64,000 nucleotides of DNA, taken from Clostridia bacterium. GTDB taxonomy: Bacteria; Bacillota; Clostridia; UBA1212. The stretch spans positions 50,225 to 114,224 of the forward strand of contig JAGAKK010000052.1 of NCBI GenBank assembly GCA_017625675.1. Direction: 5' to 3'. The translations under genes and the position numbers were made by a program. Numbering within the stretch: position 1 is the first letter of the stretch; every line of letters starts with the position of its first letter. The notes under the pieces are model-generated. The model was given only the letters and a program-made list of their open reading frames with translations, was not told the origin of the DNA and searched no databases. This document shows positions 19,677-27,190 of the stretch, piece by piece.

Positions 19677-19715
19677 AAGCGGTTGCGACAAAACATCGCA
19701 ACCGCTTAATTTTTA
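19677..19715 (+). terminator. Rho-independent terminator after yfhO-like gene
   Basis: AAGCGGTTGCGA-CAAAACA-TCGCAACCGCTT followed by AATTTTT. Confidence 0.8.
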
Positions 19716-19958
19716 CAATCTTATCTCACATAAAAACCGACTTCCTACAGCTCTGTGAAAAACGCCAAAAGGAAGTTATTTTTTTCGAAAGACGAGCGTC
19801 GCTGTACGTAGGTACTGCAGTCGAAGTCTTTCGGAAAAGTGTGCGACTTTCCTACAGTTTGACTCCTTCTGATGGCTTTGCACGTTTCTCAAAGTTATCT
19901 CGTTCCCTATTTCTCTTTTCTATATGTCGCACACGTAAAGAACGACTTTTGGCGTTTT

Positions 19959-21110
19959 TCACCCTTTTTTCCATACAACTTTATTAACTATCCCCGTATA
20001 CGACTGAATAATCTTCACAACCTTAACGGAAACGTTCTCGTCCACGTAGTCCGGCACGTTAACGGCAAACTCGCCGCCAAGATTCATATTAACGGCCACG
20101 TCAACGGCCCTCAGCACCTGCTCCTCGGTAATGCCCGCCAATATAAACGCACCCTTGTCAAGGGCCTCGGGACGCTCCGTAGATGTTCTTATGCAAACTG
20201 CAGGAATAGGCTTTCCAATGGAATTAAAGAAAGCGCTTTCCTCAGGAAGCGTTCCGCTGTCAGACACCACGCAAAAAGCATTCATCTGCAAATAGTTGTA
20301 GTCCAGGAAACCGAAAGGCTTAAGACTTTTTACGTTGGGGTGAAACTTGAAATCACGCTTTTTAATAAAGTTTGCCGAGCGGGGATGTGTGGAATAAATC
20401 ACAGGCATATCGTAATGCTCCGCCATAGCGTTAACGGCGTTCATCAAACTAAAGAAATTCTTTTCAGTATCAATATTTTCCTCTCTGTGGGCCGAAAGCA
20501 AAATGTACTTGCCCTTTTCAAGGCCGAGAGTCTCAAGAACATTGCTGCTTTCAATTTTGGGAAGATTTGCGGCGAGCACCTCTGCCATAGGCGAGCCGGT
20601 CACGTAGGTGCGCTCCTTTGCCGTGCCCTCGTAATTGAGATATCGGCGGGCATGCTCTGAATAGCACATATTAACGTCTGCAATATGGTCTACGATCCTG
20701 CGGTTTGTTTCTTCAGGCAGACACTCGTCAAAGCAACGATTTCCGGCCTCCATGTGGAAAATCGGAATGTGCAGACGCTTTGCCGCAATGGCAGAAAGGC
20801 AGGAATTGGTGTCACCGAGAATCAAAAGCGCATCAGGCTGTACCTCGGTCATAAGCTTATACGACTTTGCGATAATGTTGCCAATGGTCTCACCAAGGTC
20901 ACTACCTACCGCCTCCAGATAATAGTCGGGGGCTCTCAATTCCAGCTCCTCAAAAAATATCTGATTCAACGTGTAATCGTAATTCTGGCCCGTGTGAACA
21001 AGAATCTGATCGAAATATTTGTCGCATCTTTTAATAACCTCGGAAAGGCGGATTATCTCCGGCCTAGTGCCGACAATTGTCATAAGTTTCAATTTTTTAG
21101 TTTCTGCCAT
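19959..21110 (-). CDS. UDP-N-acetylglucosamine 2-epimerase, non-hydrolysing (CapG/FnlC/WecB-like)
   Basis: TIVGTRPEIIRLS, HTGQNYD, HMEAGNRCF, SDSGTLPEE. Confidence 0.88.
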   Translation of the reverse strand: MAETKKLKLMTIVGTRPEIIRLSEVIKRCDKYFDQILVHTGQNYDYTLNQIFFEELELRAPDYYLEAVGSDLGETIGNIIAKSYKLMTEVQPDALLILGDTNSCLSAIAAKRLHIPIFHMEAGNRCFDECLPEETNRRIVDHIADVNMCYSEHARRYLNYEGTAKERTYVTGSPMAEVLAANLPKIESSNVLETLGLEKGKYILLSAHREENIDTEKNFFSLMNAVNAMAEHYDMPVIYSTHPRSANFIKKRDFKFHPNVKSLKPFGFLDYNYLQMNAFCVVSDSGTLPEESAFFNSIGKPIPAVCIRTSTERPEALDKGAFILAGITEEQVLRAVDVAVNMNLGGEFAVNVPDYVDENVSVKVVKIIQSYTGIVNKVVWKKG

Positions 21111-21160
21111 AATTTTCGCCTCGCGTAAATTTTATTATAATTATCGTAAAATTCTTATTA

Positions 21161-22318
21161 TCATTTCTCAGAAACAGGCAACCAGTATGTGTCCGGCACG
21201 TCAGGATTGAACACCTCGTTTGCCCACATAAACGTTACCATATCGGTGTCACCGAGATTTTCAATGTTGTGGGTGTAGCCTGTAGGGATGTCTACCACCT
21301 GCAGCTTTTCGCCGCTTACAAAGAACTCGATTACTTCGCCGTTCTGCACGTTCCTGAGCCTTATTACGCCCTTGCCGCTCACCACAAGGAACTTTTCATT
21401 CTTCGTGTGATGCCAATGCTCACCCTTGGTAATGCCCGGCTTTGAAATGTTAACGGAGAACTGTCCCCGTTCAGGGGTCCTTATGATCTCCGTAAAAGAG
21501 CCGCGGTGGTCACAATGCATATTAAGGTCGTAAACGTATTCATTATCAGGGATGTAGCTGAGATACGTGGAATAGAGTTTTTTCTCAAAACTGTCAGAAA
21601 CGTCGGGCACCTGCAAAGTCTTCCTGCTCTCTTTAAAACCGTAAAGAAGCTGTGTAATGCGGCCAAGGGTTGCCTTATGCGTAACAGGCACTTCTCTTAT
21701 CCCTCTGTACTCCAATGTCATAGGCGCATTGGGGTCTTGGCTTTCGCGGATAACTCTCACAATCTCTGCCACTACGTCGTCAATATATACCAAAGTCAGA
21801 CAAATTTCAGGATCCGTCACGGTAATGGGAAGTCCATGGGCAATGTTGTGGCAAAAAGTAGCCACTGCGCTGTTGTAATTAGGTCTGCACCACTTGCCGA
21901 AAACATTTGGGAGTCTGTACACAAAAACTCTCGCGCCCGTGCGGTCACCATACTCAAATATAATATCCTCTGCCGCCAATTTGCTCTTTCCGTAGGGGTT
22001 GTCCAACGCCGCCTGAGTAGAGGATGTTATAAGGAGCGGACATTTATTCCCCGCCTTCTCCAGCATACCCAGAAGATCACCGGTAAAACCGTAATTTCCC
22101 GTCATAAACTCCTCCGGATTCTGAGGTCTGTTGATGCCTGCAAGGTGTACCACAAAGTCACATTCCTTTGTGTATTTCTCAAGCAATTCCTTTTCGCTGT
22201 CAATATCATAGGCAAAGAACTCAATGTCCTCCGCATATTCAAGGGTGGCAACAAGGTTTTTACCTACAAACCCCTTCGCACCGGTAATTAGCACTTTAAT
22301 TTTCTTCTCTGTATCCAT
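21161..22318 (-). CDS. CapF/FnlB-like bifunctional SDR-cupin enzyme (UDP-L-FucNAc pathway)
   Basis: ORF 21161..22552; the N-terminal 78 codons read through repeat DNA. Start placed at MDTEKKIKVLITGAKGFVGKNL (ATG 22318). C-terminal cupin region GEHWHHTKNEKFLVVSGKG. Confidence 0.8.
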   Translation of the reverse strand: MDTEKKIKVLITGAKGFVGKNLVATLEYAEDIEFFAYDIDSEKELLEKYTKECDFVVHLAGINRPQNPEEFMTGNYGFTGDLLGMLEKAGNKCPLLITSSTQAALDNPYGKSKLAAEDIIFEYGDRTGARVFVYRLPNVFGKWCRPNYNSAVATFCHNIAHGLPITVTDPEICLTLVYIDDVVAEIVRVIRESQDPNAPMTLEYRGIREVPVTHKATLGRITQLLYGFKESRKTLQVPDVSDSFEKKLYSTYLSYIPDNEYVYDLNMHCDHRGSFTEIIRTPERGQFSVNISKPGITKGEHWHHTKNEKFLVVSGKGVIRLRNVQNGEVIEFFVSGEKLQVVDIPTGYTHNIENLGDTDMVTFMWANEVFNPDVPDTYWLPVSEK

Positions 22319-22364
22319 CGCCGACAATCGCTCCTTTTCAAAAGAAAACCCATAACTAATACAA

Positions 22365-22392
22365 ATTATACCACAAATATTATTTATTACAA
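22365..22392 (-). promoter_or_regulatory. Sigma-A-like promoter for capF/capG-like genes
   Basis: Minus strand: TTGTAA, 16 nt, TGG-TATAAT (extended -10). Confidence 0.5.
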
Positions 22393-22397
22393 GAGGT

Positions 22398-22460
22398 AAG
22401 CCACAGCCTCTGACACAGGTGAGCCACAGCCTCTGACGCTGTGGCTCACCTGTGTTGGCT
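22398..22460. repeat. REP-like repeat, copy 4 (nested/double)
   Basis: AGGTGAGCCACAGCCTCTGACGCTGTGGCTCACCT (22417..22451), with an extra upstream half-copy AAGCCACAGCCTCTGACACAGG. Confidence 0.85.
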
Positions 22461-22463
22461 ACA

Positions 22464-22578
22464 CGGAACCGAAGTGCTACTAAAAAACAAAAAATCTTAT
22501 ATTTAACGTGTTTTTTGACGTGAGTCAGGGGGCAGGTCACTGACTCATGCAAGGACAGGACCTTGACTCATGCTCTGA
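22464..22578 (-). repeat. Modular TGAGTCA-palindrome element, copy B1 (reverse orientation)
   Basis: GGAACCGAAGTGCTAC is the reverse complement of module C. Palindrome TGAGTCAGGGGGCAGGTCACTGACTCA at 22521..22547. Degenerate half-sites at 22558..22578. Confidence 0.8.
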
Positions 22579-22622
22579 CTTATGAGATTTGCTGAAAATT
22601 TTACGAAAAATTTATCAAGCAG

Positions 22623-22652
22623 TTGACAGAGCAGGGTGATGTTTGTTATAAT
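22623..22652 (+). promoter_or_regulatory. Sigma-A-like promoter for the CHAP hydrolase gene
   Basis: TTGACA, 18 nt, TGT-TATAAT. About 145-nt leader carrying several GC hairpins. Confidence 0.6.
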
Positions 22653-22802
22653 ATAGTAACTATTTGCGGCCGACGGCCTCATAATCAAAGTTTATATATG
22701 AAAAGGCGGGGGTATTCCCGCACTTTGCAGATTACTATTTTATTTTTTTTATTATTTTTGTCCGGCTAAGGGAAAGTTGTCGGACACTGAAAGGAGACCT
22801 TT

Positions 22803-25800
22803 ATGAAAAGGCAGTTTAAGGCTGTTGTTGCATTTATTTTAGTTGTTGCAACGATAGTATCTACCGTTATCCTGACCAAGCCTACAGAGGCAAACGCTCT
22901 TACATACAGCGGTTCCTCGTACTATATGGCAGGAAAGTATTATCAAAACCTCATAAAAGTTGAACTCACGGGAAACCCCAGAGTTGACATCGTTAATGTT
23001 GCAGCATCACAGATTGGCTACCAGGAGGGCGCAAACTCTACCCAGCTGGACGGAACTCTTGTTGCCAACGGAAACAACTACACAGAATACGGAAGATGGT
23101 GGACTGCATATTCTAACAGTTCATACAACCACATAAACTCTCAGTGGTGCGCTATGTTCGTGTCCTGGTGTGCTTACGTTGCAGGAATCAGTTCCGATAT
23201 CGTTACATATCACCAGTACACCGAGTCTCAGATTCTCCCTTACAAGAATGCCGGCAGAGCTTACGACTGGTCTACGGTTCAGGCAGGAGGATATACTCCC
23301 GAGGCCGGTGATATCGTATACTTCTACAGCGGTGCAGCAGGCAGAACAGTTAACCACGTAGGTATCGTTACAGGCTTTTCTAACAACTACCTTTACACCA
23401 TTGAAGGTAACACCAGCGGCGGTGCTTTCACAACAGACGGCGGTGCTTGCGCAAACCGTTCATATTACATTACAGATACATACGTAAGATATATCTGTCG
23501 CCCTAATTACAGCTACACCACAGGTGTTAAGCAGGTTACTGCTTCTTCTCTTAACATCAGAGATGCTGCTTCCTCCAGCGGAAATTACCTTGGCTATTTT
23601 TCTCAGGGCGAGCGTTTTAACGTTCTTGAAGTTGTAAATTCTACATGGGGAAGAATCAATTACTTCGGACAGACTGCTTACGTTTCCATTAAGCCTGACT
23701 ACGTTTCAGAAGTTATGGATAAGTTGGGTTGGGCTTCAAACCACGCAATCGTAGATCCTACCGACGTAACCTACGATAGTTCCCTTGTGGCAAAATGGGC
23801 AAACCGAGCGCCGAATAATACAACGGTTGCTTATGATACTGCAGGCTATACGTCCTTTACCACAACAGGTGCAGTGGATCCTTACGTTTACTTGATGTTC
23901 GACGACACTGCATCATTTACAGTTGACGGATACAGGTATTTGTCAATCGTTGCAAAGACTACGTCTAAGAGTAACATTGACGGAAAGATGTTCCTCATGG
24001 CAGGAACAGCAACAAACCCCTCCGAGTCAATTGCGAAAAATATTGATTGGATTGCAGATGGACAATGGCACGAGTACCTTATTGACATCAGTGACCTTTC
24101 ACTGTTTACAGGATACTTCCACGGCTTCCGTTTTGACTACTTTGACGGCGCAGCATCCAGCGGCGACAGCATTCTTCTCAGATCGATTAAGTTTATTAAA
24201 GATGCTGTAAAACCCACTGTGACAGCTCCCGAGTCAATTACATACGGCGAGGATATGACCATTACATATTCAGGTATGGCTCCTTACAGCGGCGGTTCTG
24301 ACAGCAGACATCCTTATATGGCAATTTACAAAGAAGGAACACGTCTTGGTGTTGGCAGTCCTGTTCTTTGGAACTATATCGGTACAGAAGGAACAATGGA
24401 CCTTAAAACAAGTTTCACAGGAACTTATTCAGGACAGGATCTTCCTGTAGGCAAGTACACAGTTTATCTTACATACAATACTACAGGAAAAGACACCTTC
24501 ATTTCTGACGTAATGCTTGGTTCTGCAACTGCAGTTGCTTCCTTCTCCGTTAATGAGGTTGTTGGCGATGTAGAAATGGTTACAGGCGGATATACAAAAG
24601 ACGATGCTTTCCTTATTGTAGAAGGAACACTACTTTCTGATGCCGCCTCCGATATTGAAGAAATGGCAGGCATCACTCCAACTATTTACAATGCTGATGG
24701 TTCAATTGCAGACTTTACGTCAGTTGCTGCAACAGGAATGTATGTTGATATTGAGGACGGACTTCTTTACAATATTATTGTAAGCGGAGACGTTGACGGA
24801 GACGGTTTGAGAAACGTTGTGGACGTTACTTATGTTCTTAACTGTGTAAGAGGCACAGAAAAGATATCAGACGCTCAGATGGATGCATTGGAGAAAGAAA
24901 CAAACCTTACAACTTGCAATATCATCACTGCAACGAAGCTCCTGAACAGCATTTTGAACATCACTGAAGGAGGCGCTACTACAGACGAGCCCGAACATCT
25001 TGATTTAGGTACAAACTTCACAGCACAGTTTACAAATCTCGGAGCAGACCTTAACTTGTCTCTTGCCGATACAGACGTAATTATCTACAACAAGAGTACT
25101 GCAGCTGCTCAGAAGTACGTATTCAACCGTCAGGATGACGGAAGCTACATGCTCATCAACACAAAGAACTACTACGTTATGACTGCAGAGAGCGCAACAG
25201 ACGGCGCTAATGTTTACATTGCACCTGACCAGGGCCTTGCAACACAGAGATGGTTTATCCAGTCCACAGGAGAGGGATACGTTATCAGAAATGCTGCATC
25301 CGACAATCTCGTTCTTATGCCTCAGGGCAGCGCTACAGAGGCTCTTACTTCTGTTGTCCTTGGTGCGTACCAGGAGAACAATGCGGACTCCACACAGTTG
25401 TTCTACATTGTAAGAGAAACTTCTTATGCTACAGGAGAGCAGATAGAAGTTCTCCGTAACATCATCTATGCGGTAGAGACAGGCGGTCAGGTATACGGCA
25501 GAGCAGTTTACGATTGCCTCATCGGAGCATATACAAACTCTGACATCGAGTATGCTATTACAATCGGTGCAGGACAGTGGTACGGCACAGAGGCATTGAG
25601 ACTTCTCAATACTATCTACGCAATGTATCCTGAGGTATTTACTCAATACGATCCTGACGGAGTTCTCCTTTACGATATGCAGAACCTTGATTGGAGCACT
25701 TATGATATTGCTACTGATTCTACTCAGGCTACTATCATCAAGAACATTATTGCAACAGAAGGCGGTAAAGCTTGTCAGGATATGCTCCTTGATATGCAGA

Positions 25801-26048
25801 TGCAGGAATACCTTGCAGAAGCTGCAGATCTTGGTGTAACAGAGCTCAAGGCTATGATGATGTGTGCTAACATCAGACACCAGGGTGGCGCAAGCGCTGT
25901 AACAAGAGTTCTCGGAAAGACCACCGGCGGTTATACTTTGGAGAACATCTATGCAGCACTCCAGACCGATACAGGCAACCAGGTTGGTACGTACACTTCC
26001 AGACAGAAGTTCGTATATGAGAACCTGAAACTCTACATCGTTGAATAA
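22803..26048 (+). CDS. Secreted multidomain cell-wall hydrolase: CHAP + SH3 + dockerin-like + ricin-type lectin-like + C-terminal lysozyme-like region
   Basis: Signal peptide. CHAP Cys SQWCAMFVSWCA and His NHVGIV. SH3-like VTASSLNIRDAASSSGNYLGYFSQGERFNVL. EF-hand/dockerin-like GDVDGDGLRNVVDV. Beta-trefoil QRWF. The function of the C-terminal 240 aa (VETGGQVYG...) is speculative. Confidence 0.75.
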   Translation: MKRQFKAVVAFILVVATIVSTVILTKPTEANALTYSGSSYYMAGKYYQNLIKVELTGNPRVDIVNVAASQIGYQEGANSTQLDGTLVANGNNYTEYGRWWTAYSNSSYNHINSQWCAMFVSWCAYVAGISSDIVTYHQYTESQILPYKNAGRAYDWSTVQAGGYTPEAGDIVYFYSGAAGRTVNHVGIVTGFSNNYLYTIEGNTSGGAFTTDGGACANRSYYITDTYVRYICRPNYSYTTGVKQVTASSLNIRDAASSSGNYLGYFSQGERFNVLEVVNSTWGRINYFGQTAYVSIKPDYVSEVMDKLGWASNHAIVDPTDVTYDSSLVAKWANRAPNNTTVAYDTAGYTSFTTTGAVDPYVYLMFDDTASFTVDGYRYLSIVAKTTSKSNIDGKMFLMAGTATNPSESIAKNIDWIADGQWHEYLIDISDLSLFTGYFHGFRFDYFDGAASSGDSILLRSIKFIKDAVKPTVTAPESITYGEDMTITYSGMAPYSGGSDSRHPYMAIYKEGTRLGVGSPVLWNYIGTEGTMDLKTSFTGTYSGQDLPVGKYTVYLTYNTTGKDTFISDVMLGSATAVASFSVNEVVGDVEMVTGGYTKDDAFLIVEGTLLSDAASDIEEMAGITPTIYNADGSIADFTSVAATGMYVDIEDGLLYNIIVSGDVDGDGLRNVVDVTYVLNCVRGTEKISDAQMDALEKETNLTTCNIITATKLLNSILNITEGGATTDEPEHLDLGTNFTAQFTNLGADLNLSLADTDVIIYNKSTAAAQKYVFNRQDDGSYMLINTKNYYVMTAESATDGANVYIAPDQGLATQRWFIQSTGEGYVIRNAASDNLVLMPQGSATEALTSVVLGAYQENNADSTQLFYIVRETSYATGEQIEVLRNIIYAVETGGQVYGRAVYDCLIGAYTNSDIEYAITIGAGQWYGTEALRLLNTIYAMYPEVFTQYDPDGVLLYDMQNLDWSTYDIATDSTQATIIKNIIATEGGKACQDMLLDMQMQEYLAEAADLGVTELKAMMMCANIRHQGGASAVTRVLGKTTGGYTLENIYAALQTDTGNQVGTYTSRQKFVYENLKLYIVE

Positions 26049-26080
26049 ACGATAACAAAAAATCAAATAATTGATTTTAA

Positions 26081-26108
26081 GGGCGCCGATTCCGGCGCCC
26101 TGTTTTTA
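26081..26108 (+). terminator. Rho-independent terminator
   Basis: GGGCGCCG-ATTC-CGGCGCCC followed by TGTTTTTA. Confidence 0.85.
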
Positions 26109-26116
26109 TATACAAG

Positions 26117-26188
26117 GGAGCCACAGCGTCAGACGCTGTGGCTCCTTCATTATCAGACGCTGTGGCTCCTTCAGAGGCTGTTGCTCCC
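26117..26188. repeat. REP-like repeat, copy 5 (one full copy plus two partial tandem copies)
   Basis: GGAGCCACAGCGTCAGACGCTGTGGCTCC, then TCAGACGCTGTGGCTCC, then TTCAGAGGCTGTTGCTCCC. Confidence 0.85.
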
Positions 26189-26272
26189 TGCTGTTTCTCT
26201 TGCAAAAATATTTCTTGGCGCTGTATATGATTTCAACTTCTTGGAAATAATAACCGCGGAGGTTGATTGATT

Positions 26273-27118
26273 ATGAAAAACTTTTTAAAGAAAAACGGAT
26301 ATTATTTTATCTTAATCGCCTGTGTTGTGGCTGTGTGCGTAGGCGGTATTATCGTGTTGGAAAAAAGGGCTGAAAACAATGCAGCGAAGCTTCCTGAACA
26401 GCTGGGAAACGTGAACATACCCACAACAGCGCCCACAAAAAAGCCTGTTGTAACCTTGAAGCCCAGCAGTGCAGACTACGATGACGAGACGCCAACACCC
26501 ACTGTTATCCCTACGTTGCCGGCAACTTCTGCACCTACGGCAAAGCCCACGGAGACACCTTCTGCAAATGTAACTACGAAGCCTTCCTACTCAGAGGACG
26601 AAGACGGAAGTGTTGACGTTAACAGACCCGTTGGCGAGGGAAATTCTGCAGGCAGCAATTTTATATTGCCGGTGGGAAAGCTTGAAATAATAACCGAATT
26701 TGCCAACGACAAACTTATCTACAACAAGACTCTTAAAGAGTGGCGAATTCACCCGGCGGTTGATTTAAAAGCAGAGGCCGGCAGCAACGTGCTTTGCTGT
26801 ATGGACGGCAAGGTCTCCGACGTGCTCAGCGATCCGCTTTACGGCACCACGGTAGTAATTGACCACGGCAACAATCTTTCCACGGTGTATTGCGGCATTG
26901 GCATCGTTAACGGCCTCAGCGCAGGCTCTCAGGTCAAGAAGGGCGACATTATCGGCACTGTTTCCGAAAACGGTATTTTCTGCGAAAGAGAGCTGGGCAG
27001 CCACATTCACTTTGAAATTGTCCAGAACGGCGAAAAGGTTGACCCCAATATGTTTTTTGAAAAAGCAACCTCGTCAGATGCATTGACCGATAATGAAAAC
27101 AGCGAAGCTGTGGGATAA
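26273..27118 (+). CDS. M23/LytM-family metallopeptidase, membrane-anchored with PT-rich linker
   Basis: GGAGG 10 nt upstream of ATG 26273 (the ORF track starts at TTG 26267). Motifs HPAVDL, GTTVVIDHG, GSHIHFEI. Confidence 0.85.
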   Translation: MKNFLKKNGYYFILIACVVAVCVGGIIVLEKRAENNAAKLPEQLGNVNIPTTAPTKKPVVTLKPSSADYDDETPTPTVIPTLPATSAPTAKPTETPSANVTTKPSYSEDEDGSVDVNRPVGEGNSAGSNFILPVGKLEIITEFANDKLIYNKTLKEWRIHPAVDLKAEAGSNVLCCMDGKVSDVLSDPLYGTTVVIDHGNNLSTVYCGIGIVNGLSAGSQVKKGDIIGTVSENGIFCERELGSHIHFEIVQNGEKVDPNMFFEKATSSDALTDNENSEAVG

Positions 27119-27134
27119 AAATTTTTACAGACAA

Positions 27135-27185
27135 AAAACACCTGTGCACAGGATTCTGAGATGATCCTCAATGCACAGGTGTTTT
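27135..27185. terminator. Bidirectional terminator between convergent genes
   Basis: AAAACACCTGTGCA...TGCACAGGTGTTTT with an inner AGGAT/ATCCT hairpin. Confidence 0.75.
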
Positions 27186-27190
27186 ACATA

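Noticed and set aside
19872-20660. 262-aa plus-strand ORF; similar ORFs at 21506..22291, 41179..41958, 43883..44476, 16577..17167 and 11968..12573
   Set aside because: All are antisense to genes with clear family motifs (2-epimerase, capF-like, GH140-like, rplM, radical SAM, GT4). They are typical shadow ORFs.
22653-22802. c-di-AMP (ydaO-type) or other riboswitch in the leader of the CHAP hydrolase gene
   Set aside because: Several GC hairpins are present, but I could not match the conserved ydaO core sequences by eye. It is reported only as something to scan with Rfam.
25005-26066. 353-aa minus-strand ORF
   Set aside because: It is entirely antisense to the well-supported CHAP hydrolase gene. 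It is Cys/Ser/Leu-rich and low in complexity, with no start context.
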